From a virus (Duplodnaviria; Caudoviricetes), in the IMG/VR virus record IMGVR_UViG_3300032301_000472, positions 1 through 41,048 of that record: 41,048 bases of DNA; one strand, written 5' to 3'. This document shows, piece by piece, positions 27,161 through 34,047 of this stretch. Position numbers and translations under genes: made by a program. Every line of letters starts with the position of its first letter. The first letter of the stretch is position 1. Under the pieces are notes generated by a model, which saw only the letters and a list, made by a program, of their open reading frames with translations, was not told the origin of the DNA and did no database searches.

Positions 27161-27165
27161 TCACA

Positions 27166-27435
27166 ATGGCAGTCAAGATTATCCCGATGACGTTCGTGGT
27201 AAAGGTGCCGAAGATCTTTTGGGACGATCACGTCTCACGAGATCTGGACTTCACCTCAACGATCATCAAGGAGTCTGGTGCCTTCTATGAAGTGCTCATG
27301 ACCATTGATGCCATCAATGAGTTGTGGTCGGATGCCGACTACTACGGCAACTTCATGAAGGAGTTTGAGAACGACGGCGGTCGCTCAATCTGCGCAAGTG
27401 CTCGCGCTACGGTGCGCGCACTAGAAAACCGATAG
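27166..27435 (+). CDS. Hypothetical early protein (ribozyme cassette ORF 1)
   Basis: TGGAGGT RBS then ATG 27166 (MAVKIIP...); the track's 27145 start lies within the ribozyme core. Confidence 0.75.
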   Translation: MAVKIIPMTFVVKVPKIFWDDHVSRDLDFTSTIIKESGAFYEVLMTIDAINELWSDADYYGNFMKEFENDGGRSICASARATVRALENR

Positions 27436-27496
27436 CCGAAACTAGCCGATGCGAACGGCTAGTATGCTGGGATTGATTACCCAGCACTGATGAGGC
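27435..27496 (+). ncRNA. Hammerhead ribozyme 2 (type II), predicted cleavage after A27464
   Basis: GCC-GAAA-CTAGCCG-loop-CGGCTAG-TA / TGCTGGG-ATTGATTA-CCCAGCA-CTGATGA-GGC. Confidence 0.9.
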
Positions 27497-27523
27497 AGAT
27501 CCTCGTAACTGGAGGTACACACA

Positions 27524-27757
27524 ATGACCAACGGCAAACTGGCACTGCTGCGACTGGCAATGCGTGAGTTTGAGGGCATCTCTGCTTCGGCTGAGATGTT
27601 CATCAGCAACGCACACAACCACAGCGAGGCAGACGCTGAGATCTGGGACTTGCTCAAGAAGATCGGCGCGATCCAAGAGAAGTCCGACAAGATCCTCAAC
27701 AAGTTGTACGGCAAGACGAAGCCGTACGAAGACATTCAGATCAAGGAGATCTACTAG
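27524..27757 (+). CDS. Hypothetical early protein (ribozyme cassette ORF 2)
   Basis: GGAGG RBS, 77 aa helical protein. Confidence 0.75.
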   Translation: MTNGKLALLRLAMREFEGISASAEMFISNAHNHSEADAEIWDLLKKIGAIQEKSDKILNKLYGKTKPYEDIQIKEIY

Positions 27758-27809
27758 CCGAAACCCCTTCGGGGGTCTGGCGGGATTGATTACCCGCCAC
27801 TGACGAGGC
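27757..27809 (+). ncRNA. Hammerhead ribozyme 3 (type II), predicted cleavage after C27777
   Basis: GCC-GAAA-CCCC-TTCG-GGGG-TC / TGGCGGG-ATTGATTA-CCCGCCA-CTGACGA-GGC. Confidence 0.92.
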
Positions 27810-27835
27810 AGATCCTCACACACTGGAGGTTCACA

Positions 27836-28120
27836 ATGGACACGCTAACGAATGCGGTTCAGCCACGTGCGACTGATCGCGCGACCCTTGACCACAAGAA
27901 TGTGTGGCGGATTGCGTGCCAGATTCCCACGTGCCTTCTACCTGCAACGTGGACGTTCTTTTATGCTGATGGTGGTGCCAATCGTTATTGCCGCCACCAT
28001 GGCAACAATCGGTATGAGACTGGCGCGTATGCGACAGCCAACCATGCCCCGATCAAGGCTCCTCTTTCTGTTGACATGAAGGATGAACTTCGTGTTGACA
28101 TGGAGGCGTCAACCATCTAG
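27836..28120 (+). CDS. Hypothetical early protein, possible Zn finger (ribozyme cassette ORF 3)
   Basis: GGAGG RBS; 'CQIPTC...YCRHH'. Confidence 0.7.
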   Translation: MDTLTNAVQPRATDRATLDHKNVWRIACQIPTCLLPATWTFFYADGGANRYCRHHGNNRYETGAYATANHAPIKAPLSVDMKDELRVDMEASTI

Positions 28121-28173
28121 CCGAAACCCCTTCGGGGGTCAGCGCGGGATTGTAGCCCACGCTCTGATGAGGC
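28120..28173 (+). ncRNA. Hammerhead ribozyme 4 (type II), predicted cleavage after C28140
   Basis: GCC-GAAA-CCCC-TTCG-GGGG-TC / AGCGCGGG-ATTGTAG-CCCACGCT-CTGATGA-GGC. Confidence 0.9.
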
Positions 28174-28198
28174 AGACACCTCGCAACTGGAGGACACA

Positions 28199-28456
28199 AT
28201 GAACGGATCAACAGTGCTCAGGATTCAGGTCGCACTCAACACGTGGTACCAGATCCACACGAACGGAGGCACGACGACCTTCGCCCGTGTGACTCAGGGC
28301 GAGGACTCTGACGGCTACGGCTGCTTCTGGTTTGAGAAGATGTCGGTGGACTCAACCAGCAAGGAAGGCAGTGCTGAGGTCTTCGGGCATCAGGACTTCA
28401 CGGGCGACCTCACAGCGTTTGAGCGCCTGTACGCCGCGATTGAGAGCGGCATCTGA
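28199..28456 (+). CDS. Hypothetical early protein (ribozyme cassette ORF 4)
   Basis: GGAGG RBS, 85 aa. Confidence 0.75.
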   Translation: MNGSTVLRIQVALNTWYQIHTNGGTTTFARVTQGEDSDGYGCFWFEKMSVDSTSKEGSAEVFGHQDFTGDLTAFERLYAAIESGI

Positions 28457-28462
28457 CGGGAT

Positions 28463-28494
28463 CGGCGGCGGTGGGCTTCGGCTTGCCGCCGCCG
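28463..28494 (+). terminator. Strong hairpin closing the ribozyme operon (no U-tract)
   Basis: CGGCGGCGGTGGGC-TTCG-GCTTGCCGCCGCCG. Confidence 0.6.
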
Positions 28495-28575
28495 TGATAG
28501 TCAATAATGATAGAAAATCCTTATGATAGAAAATTGTTACATGTTTGTTACATGTTACATTGTTAAGAAATCTTA
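28494..28575 (+). repeat. AT-rich cassette copy 3
   Basis: GTGATAGTCAATAATGATAGAAAATCCTTATGATAG...TTGTTACA...TTGTTAAGAAATCTTA. Confidence 0.85.
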
Positions 28576-28577
28576 TC

Positions 28578-28607
28578 TTGACAGGTGGTTGAAACCTGTG
28601 GGAGAAT
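28578..28607 (+). promoter_or_regulatory. Sigma70-type promoter
   Basis: TTGACA-18 nt-GAGAAT with extended -10 TG; same layout as 29557-29586. Confidence 0.6.
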
Positions 28608-28654
28608 CAATGCAGAGGGGGAGGACAATCCTCCCCCCAAGAATTGGAGGCAAC

Positions 28655-29275
28655 ATGAATCAGGACAGGGTAGCACTCAAGGTCTGCGCCGAAGGCGGCG
28701 AGGTAGCCAAGTGGGTTAAGCGTGACGAGACTGGCAAGCCAGTCCGTTACTTCTGCGGCAAGCACATGGGCATCCACCGTCGGATCGTCAGCAGTTGGCG
28801 CACCGACAAGTGGACGACCGAGTGGCACCAGAGCGCCATTGCTGATGCGGTTGAGATGAGCGAGGTGGAGAAAGCGGAGTCCCTGCTGAACTTCAACACA
28901 GCCAAGAAGGCTGAGGACGAGGCTCGCTGGGCTGCTTCCGAGAAGCGCGCAGAGGAGAAAAAGCGACAGGAGATTCTGAGCCAGCCAAAGTGGCTGCGGG
29001 AGCGAGTCAAGAACTTCCGCTACGAGCAGGAGAACACTAACTTCACCCGCAAGGTTGAGGTGGTGACCAGCCCGTACGGCGTACAGATTGAACTCATGAA
29101 CTGGTCGTATATCAAGTCCCGCAAGCACGCGGAGGCTCTGATCGGCGAGATCAAGTGGGCGCTCCAGAAACTAGACGAGGACACCATCAAGTGGGAGGAT
29201 GAGATGAGCGACAAGATCGTCGCCGCCGACGCGGCACTGGCAGCCCTACAGGCTGAGGAAGGGGTGGTCGCATGA
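28655..29275 (+). CDS. Hypothetical protein with N-terminal Zn-finger-like and coiled-coil regions; start MNQDR
   Basis: TGGAGG RBS before ATG 28655; 'C...YFCGKH'. Confidence 0.7.
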   Translation: MNQDRVALKVCAEGGEVAKWVKRDETGKPVRYFCGKHMGIHRRIVSSWRTDKWTTEWHQSAIADAVEMSEVEKAESLLNFNTAKKAEDEARWAASEKRAEEKKRQEILSQPKWLRERVKNFRYEQENTNFTRKVEVVTSPYGVQIELMNWSYIKSRKHAEALIGEIKWALQKLDEDTIKWEDEMSDKIVAADAALAALQAEEGVVA

Positions 29276-29403
29276 CCTGTGAACTGTGCCGATACGCCAC
29301 GCCAGTGGTGAGGATCTACAAGGGGATGATCTTCTGCCCAGAATGCGAAGAGACGTTCCGCCACCACGAGGAGATGCAGGTGGTTACTTCAGACCAAGAT
29401 TGA
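29272..29403 (+). CDS. 43 aa Zn-ribbon protein
   Basis: MTCELC...FCPEC; ATGA overlap with the upstream gene; not in the ORF track. Confidence 0.6.
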   Translation: MTCELCRYATPVVRIYKGMIFCPECEETFRHHEEMQVVTSDQD

Positions 29404-29424
29404 CCTCCAGTGGTCTTGGTCGCA

Positions 29425-29456
29425 GGGGAGTGGGCTTCGGCTCACTCCCCTTTTTT
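29425..29456 (+). terminator. Rho-independent terminator
   Basis: GGGGAGTGGGC-TTCG-GCTCACTCCCC-TTTTTT. Confidence 0.85.
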
Positions 29457-29471
29457 ATTGCCGAAAAATTG

Positions 29472-29545
29472 GTGATAGCAAATAATGATAGAAAATCCTT
29501 ATGATAGAAAATTGTTACATTGTTACATTGTTAAGAAACCTTACA
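29472..29545 (+). repeat. AT-rich cassette copy 4
   Basis: GTGATAGCAAATAATGATAGAAAATCCTTATGATAG...TTGTTACATTGTTACATTGTTAAGAAACCTTACA. Confidence 0.85.
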
Positions 29546-29556
29546 CTGCTGGGGGG

Positions 29557-29586
29557 TTGACAGGCTCCAAAGGGCTATGAGACAAT
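29557..29586 (+). promoter_or_regulatory. Sigma70-type promoter
   Basis: TTGACA-18 nt-GACAAT with extended -10 TG. Confidence 0.6.
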
Positions 29587-29632
29587 CTCTTCAGAGGCGG
29601 GGACAATCCCCGTCCAAACAAATGGAGGCAGT

Positions 29633-29812
29633 ATGGACAACAAGGATCGCATCGCCTTCGGGTTGATCGCAGGGCTGATCATCACCGTCGGCACGTCAAC
29701 GGCACTGGTGCTCTCTGGGGCAGAGGTACCTAACGAGTATCGGATGGGCATCGTCGCCTACACGGTCTTCGTGAGTTTTGTAGCCACGGCAGTATTCGGG
29801 AGGGACAAGTAA
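29633..29812 (+). CDS. 59 aa two-TM membrane protein
   Basis: MDNKDRIAFGLIAGLIITVGTSTALVL...IVAYTVFVSFVATAVF; TGGAGG RBS; not in the ORF track. Confidence 0.65.
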   Translation: MDNKDRIAFGLIAGLIITVGTSTALVLSGAEVPNEYRMGIVAYTVFVSFVATAVFGRDK

Positions 29813-30075
29813 TGGCAGGAGAGACCAGAACAGAGGCAGCCCAGCGGTTTGCCGTTGACCACATCTTCACCTTCAGTGGCGGGATGGGGTACGGCGAAGT
29901 CGTGGAGGCGCTCGTAGACGACGGCGACAGCATCCTGCCCTTCGGGCATGAGGTGTTGACACCGTGCGCAGTCTATGAGACACTTAGTGCAGAACTCCTG
30001 TTGGTGGAGTTGGAGTCGCTCTACATCGGCGCAGAAGCGCTGCTGGAGCAGTTTTGGGATGAGGAGGAGAACTGA
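29812..30075 (+). CDS. Acidic hypothetical protein
   Basis: Coupled TAATG; Glu/Asp-rich. Confidence 0.7.
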   Translation: MAGETRTEAAQRFAVDHIFTFSGGMGYGEVVEALVDDGDSILPFGHEVLTPCAVYETLSAELLLVELESLYIGAEALLEQFWDEEEN

Positions 30076-30359
30076 TGGGGTACGAGATTAACGAGCGACC
30101 GTTCACGGACGAGGATGACGATGATGGTCTGGACTGGGACTGCTACGCAGTCTACCGTACCATCGTCGTCGCCGACGGAGAGGTGCTCGGCGGTGTCTAC
30201 GACACATGGGACGACGCGTTTGAGGCTGCTCGTAGGATCGGGAGAAATCTCGGTCAAGACGTCGCAATGCTGACCCGCTCAGAACTGGACGAGCAATTGG
30301 CAGATGACTACCGAGTGTCTTACTCGGAAGTAGCAGTAAGGGAGGTGCTCTATGCGTAA
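30075..30359 (+). CDS. Acidic hypothetical protein
   Basis: Coupled TGATG; 'DEDDDDG'. Confidence 0.7.
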   Translation: MGYEINERPFTDEDDDDGLDWDCYAVYRTIVVADGEVLGGVYDTWDDAFEAARRIGRNLGQDVAMLTRSELDEQLADDYRVSYSEVAVREVLYA

Positions 30360-30552
30360 GGACACAGACGGGTACATGACGGCAGAGGAGTTGAAGAAGA
30401 TGAAGCCAGTGCGTGGCATCTCTGGCGCGGGCGTCCGCACCCTCAACATCCCAGCGTTGGGCTTTGAGGTGGTGGTCATCGGAGCCGATGCCAAGACAAA
30501 CGCAACCATTGAGGATATGCTCAACAAGAAGTTGGCAGAGGAGGTTAAGTGA
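30352..30552 (+). CDS. Hypothetical protein
   Basis: GGAGG RBS. Confidence 0.65.
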   Translation: MRKDTDGYMTAEELKKMKPVRGISGAGVRTLNIPALGFEVVVIGADAKTNATIEDMLNKKLAEEVK

Positions 30553-30806
30553 AGAAGTACCTGATTCAGGTTGAGGTCAAGTTGATCAAGAACCTGCTGG
30601 TTGAGGCTGAGACCGAGGAGGATGCAGTGAGCATCGCCTCCACGATTGATGCCGACAGGCTCGCCACTGGCGAGTCCGACAACGAGGATGTCTACGTCAT
30701 CCTTGGAGACGAGCCAGCAGGTCATGGTAGCGGTGGCGTGTACGTCCTCGCTGAAGAAGGCACCCCAGAATGGGTGTATGAGTTTGGGAAGGAGATCACA
30801 CAGTGA
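30549..30806 (+). CDS. Acidic hypothetical protein
   Basis: GGAGG RBS; 'VEAETEEDA' motif common in small phage proteins. Confidence 0.7.
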   Translation: MKKYLIQVEVKLIKNLLVEAETEEDAVSIASTIDADRLATGESDNEDVYVILGDEPAGHGSGGVYVLAEEGTPEWVYEFGKEITQ

Positions 30807-30949
30807 GTCCAGAATTGTTTCGGTACGTTAAGTTGGCACACGAGGAGCGCCAACGTCAGGCACGCTGGCTACTCGCCTCTCGTATTCTCGGTCTGGCAGC
30901 GGCGTTCTTCGCGGGAGTCACGGTCGGGCTGCTGGTAGCGCAGTGTTAG
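30803..30949 (+). CDS. 48 aa membrane protein
   Basis: MSPELFRYV...ILGLAAAFFAGVTVGLLV; AAGGAG RBS; GTGA overlap. Confidence 0.55.
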   Translation: MSPELFRYVKLAHEERQRQARWLLASRILGLAAAFFAGVTVGLLVAQC

Positions 30950-31359
30950 GGCTGCTGCTGGCGGCAGTACTCTCCTCCTCGGCGTGGCTAATCCCCACGC
31001 CGCAGGAGGGGAAGGCGACATGGTACGGAGCGCGTACCAGAGCCGTCTGCTACGGTGGTCGTCCGTTCACCTGCACGCCGTATCTCAGCAAGGCTGACGG
31101 CGGGCGAGGCGGAGAACTTCACCGCTACTGTGCGGTCAAGGGCTTCGGGTTCTACGACAAGCCGTTCTGGGTCAAGGTCACAAACACCAAGACAGGCAAG
31201 TGGACAACCTGCCTCGTGCGGGACTACTGCGCCTGTGTCGGTGGCGGGATCATAGATCTCAGCCCTATGGTATTCTTGGAGATCCAGAAAAGTTTGGGAC
31301 TCGGTATAGTCCCAGTGCGAGTGGAGCGCTTAGACTCTACACGGAAAGGGGGAAGGTAA
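30943..31359 (+). CDS. Secreted RlpA-like double-psi beta-barrel protein
   Basis: Signal-peptide-like N-terminus; 'GKATWYG', 'VKVTN...TGK...VRD', 'IIDLS'. Confidence 0.75.
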   Translation: MLGLLLAAVLSSSAWLIPTPQEGKATWYGARTRAVCYGGRPFTCTPYLSKADGGRGGELHRYCAVKGFGFYDKPFWVKVTNTKTGKWTTCLVRDYCACVGGGIIDLSPMVFLEIQKSLGLGIVPVRVERLDSTRKGGR

Positions 31360-31541
31360 TGGACATCGGGAAGTGCTCTCGCTGTAGCGAGGGGCTGCTC
31401 ATCGGAGCAGACGACACGCAGTATCTGGAGGACGGTACGCCGCTTCACCAGTGGTGCTATGAAGATCTGGTGCAGGAAGATGCGCACTGGACACAGGAAG
31501 AGATTGGCGTTGAAACCGCCAGAGAGGAAGGGAAACTATGA
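31359..31541 (+). CDS. Small Zn-finger protein
   Basis: 'CSRC...HQWC'; coupled start at 31359. Confidence 0.6.
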   Translation: MDIGKCSRCSEGLLIGADDTQYLEDGTPLHQWCYEDLVQEDAHWTQEEIGVETAREEGKL

Positions 31542-31918
31542 GCACACCTTACAAGTGCATTGACTGCGGCGAGCAGTTTGAGGGAGCCGCCTACGAGCCG
31601 CTGGGGACGTCGGTGACGTGCCCGAAGGCAGACGAGCACGCTAACAAAATCAGCAAGGAGAAGGCTGCCGAGATCCTCGCAGGATCACGCGGTCGCTTCC
31701 TAACGATTGAGTTCACGAAGCGGACGACTGGTGAGCACCGTGTGATGACGTGCCGCACAGGCGTGACCAAGCACCTCAAGGGCGGAGCCAAGGCATACGA
31801 TGCCAAGGCGCTCGGTCTTGCAGTGGTCTGGGACACGAAGTCCAAGGAGTACCGCAGCATCCCGACCGACGCCATCACGGCGGTCAAGTTTGGTGGGAAA
31901 CGTCTGGTGGTACGATGA
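31538..31918 (+). CDS. Zn ribbon plus SH3/Sm-like beta-barrel phage protein
   Basis: 'CIDC'; 'IEFTKRTTGEHRVM...VWD...YRSI'. Confidence 0.6.
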   Translation: MSTPYKCIDCGEQFEGAAYEPLGTSVTCPKADEHANKISKEKAAEILAGSRGRFLTIEFTKRTTGEHRVMTCRTGVTKHLKGGAKAYDAKALGLAVVWDTKSKEYRSIPTDAITAVKFGGKRLVVR

Positions 31919-31976
31919 TGGACTTCGTCAAGTTCTGGCTGTTCTTCATCGTCATCGGCTTCTTGATGAGCAAGTA

Positions 31977-32522
31977 GTGACGGTCAATGCGATCCCGTTC
32001 GTCCTTTCCCCAGCCCACTGGGAGGAGAAGGAAGACACGCACGTCAACGGGATGAATAGGTGGAGGATGGCGGTAGAGTACTACAAGAAGGTTGCCATTG
32101 AAGACGCCATCGGGCTGTACGCCATCCATAAAGGGATCAGAGTCGTCTTTGACGGCTCCTGCGAGTACGCCATGACCTGCGATGACTGCGGGCTCTGGGC
32201 GAACGTCAGCCGAAAGGTTGGCTGGCGCCGAGATACCGTAGATCATCGTGGCGGGGCGCTGCTGGAAGTGATAGCATGTGATGCCCTAGAACTGCACCGA
32301 CGCTTCGGCAAGGTAGTTCTGCGGGATGGGGATGAGGCTTGGAATGGGTACACAGGCTGGGACTTTGAGCCAGTGTTGAACTGGGAGCACCTCGCTGGGT
32401 ACACCGACATGAGGGGCGTCAAGAAGGCGCATTGGAAGGCGAAGAGAAAGGTATGGAGAGATGAGGAATCCACCGAAGAGCAGGGAGGCGGAAGCGGGCT
32501 TGATTGGCTCCTGCCTGATTGA
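31977..32522 (+). CDS. Hypothetical protein (start uncertain)
   Basis: In frame with the 31800-32522 ORF; Trp-rich, 'CDDC'. Confidence 0.5.
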   Translation: MTVNAIPFVLSPAHWEEKEDTHVNGMNRWRMAVEYYKKVAIEDAIGLYAIHKGIRVVFDGSCEYAMTCDDCGLWANVSRKVGWRRDTVDHRGGALLEVIACDALELHRRFGKVVLRDGDEAWNGYTGWDFEPVLNWEHLAGYTDMRGVKKAHWKAKRKVWRDEESTEEQGGGSGLDWLLPD

Positions 32523-33774
32523 CGAAGCGTCAATCAACGTAGCGACCGACATCAAGGCAGAGGACTTCAGCCAGCCAGCACACCGACCGATCTGGTCAGC
32601 GATCATGGAGTTGTCTGGTCGCGGCGAAGCCGTGGACGTGCTTACAGTATCGGACGAGATGAAGCGGAGGGGAAGCCTAGAGGATGCTGGCGGCTACTCG
32701 GCGCTGGCGGACTTCTCTCGGCAGACCCCGACGTCAGCAAACGCCGAGCAGTACGCCAACATCGTGCGACGGACAGCGACGCTTCGGCGCCTGCTGGACG
32801 CCGCTACGAAGGTGGCAGAGATCGCGTACCAGAACCCGACGGACACCGACGAGGCGCTCGGTCGGGCTGAGGCGGAGATCTTTGCGGTCGCTCGCGAGGC
32901 TCGGCGCTCTTCGTTCACCGAGATGGACGACCTCATCGGGGCAGCCATCTCTCGGCTCGGCTGGCTGCGGGAGAACCGTGGCGCCTCCCGTGGCGTCGGC
33001 TCTGGGATTGACTCGCTGGATCGGATGACGGGTGGCTGGCAGCCGTCCGACCTGACGATCCTCGCGGCTCGCCCCAGCGTCGGCAAGACGTCTTTGGCGC
33101 TGAACATCGCCCAGCACGCCGCCATCAACGAGGGAAAGCGGGTAGCCGTCTTCTCCCTTGAGATGAGCAAGGATCAGTTGACGACACGCCTGCTGGCTGG
33201 CGCCAGCGGGGTGGACATCTTCCGCATCCGACGTGGCGAGGTGGAGGGCTTTGATCTGGCTCGCATCGCAGGGGCGGTGCACACGCTAGAGGCAGCGAAG
33301 ATCTTCATTGACGACACCCCGACGGCGTCGCCGATTGACCTGCGGGCGAAGGCTCGTCGGCTGGCTGCGGATGGCGGGCTTGACCTCATCATCGTGGACT
33401 ACCTCCAGTTGATGATGCCGAGCCGCCAGACCAAGGATGTCAACCGAGTAGTGGAGACGAGCGACATCAGCCGAGGGCTGAAGGCGATGGCACGGGAGTT
33501 GAACCTCCCAGTGCTCGCGCTGTCTCAACTCTCGCGAGCGTCGGAGAGCCGAGAGGGTGGGCAGCCACGCCTCGCAGACCTCCGAGACTCTGGTGCCATT
33601 GAGCAGGACGCCGACTTGGTGATGCTGCTGTGGCGACCGAACGGGCAAGAGCACGGCGCAGCCGAGGAGCAGATCAAACTGTCCCTCGCCAAGCACCGCA
33701 ATGGCCCGACTGGGGAACTGGACTTGAAGTTCGTCAAGGCGACGACCACCTTTAAGGACGCGCTCCCTAACTAG
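32461..33774 (+). CDS. dnaB: Replicative DNA helicase DnaB
   Basis: 'EAEAGLIG', Walker A 'ARPSVGKT', 'FSLEM', 'IVDYLQLM', 'LSQLSR', 'DLRDSGAIEQDAD', 'KHRNGPTG'. Confidence 0.97.
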   Translation: MRNPPKSREAEAGLIGSCLIDEASINVATDIKAEDFSQPAHRPIWSAIMELSGRGEAVDVLTVSDEMKRRGSLEDAGGYSALADFSRQTPTSANAEQYANIVRRTATLRRLLDAATKVAEIAYQNPTDTDEALGRAEAEIFAVAREARRSSFTEMDDLIGAAISRLGWLRENRGASRGVGSGIDSLDRMTGGWQPSDLTILAARPSVGKTSLALNIAQHAAINEGKRVAVFSLEMSKDQLTTRLLAGASGVDIFRIRRGEVEGFDLARIAGAVHTLEAAKIFIDDTPTASPIDLRAKARRLAADGGLDLIIVDYLQLMMPSRQTKDVNRVVETSDISRGLKAMARELNLPVLALSQLSRASESREGGQPRLADLRDSGAIEQDADLVMLLWRPNGQEHGAAEEQIKLSLAKHRNGPTGELDLKFVKATTTFKDALPN

Positions 33775-33802
33775 ATACGGCGGGCTCCTCCCCCGCCACC
33801 AC

Positions 33803-33842
33803 GAGAAAGACCCTGCTGGATCCTCACCAGCAGGGTCTTTCT
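33803..33842. terminator. Bidirectional terminator between convergent blocks
   Basis: AGAAAGACCCTGCTGG-ATCCTCA-CCAGCAGGGTCTTTCT. Confidence 0.8.
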
Positions 33843-34047
33843 ATTGCTCCGAGCAGACGGGGCAAGAATCGCTGTACTTTCCCCCGTGGTCGTGAACCGA
33901 TGATAGCGGTATGACTGATGGAAGGTCGCGCCCGATCAGGGTCTCGTAGACAACGCCGTTGTCTCTGCACCACTGGCGCAAAGACTTACCTTCCTTGGCT
34001 GCCGCCGCCTTGAATAGATCCCTGACCTCTGCGTCGCTCACGAACAA
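33841..34047 (-). CDS. Small protein, possibly DNA-binding
   Basis: 'FKAAAAKEGKSLRQWC' (ribbon-helix-helix-like) and 'H..H...CPVC'. Confidence 0.5.
   Translation of the reverse strand: MFVSDAEVRDLFKAAAAKEGKSLRQWCRDNGVVYETLIGRDLPSVIPLSSVHDHGGKYSDSCPVCSEQ

Noticed and set aside
25540-27231. ORF-track entries in the regulatory region (25540, 25633, 25676, 26586, 26713, 26910, 27016)
   Set aside because: No RBS, atypical composition, and they overlay palindromes, repeats or RNA structure
27435-28198. Repeat-spacer pattern as a CRISPR array or integron attC sites
   Set aside because: The spacers are 230-290 bp ORFs, the repeats vary with compensatory changes and carry hammerhead cores, and no cas1/2 or integron integrase is present
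28523-28654. Long N-terminal extensions from the ORF track (also 3417, 27145, 31800, 38398, 39396)
   Set aside because: They run through repeats, promoters, ribozyme cores or upstream genes; downstream starts have an RBS or translational coupling
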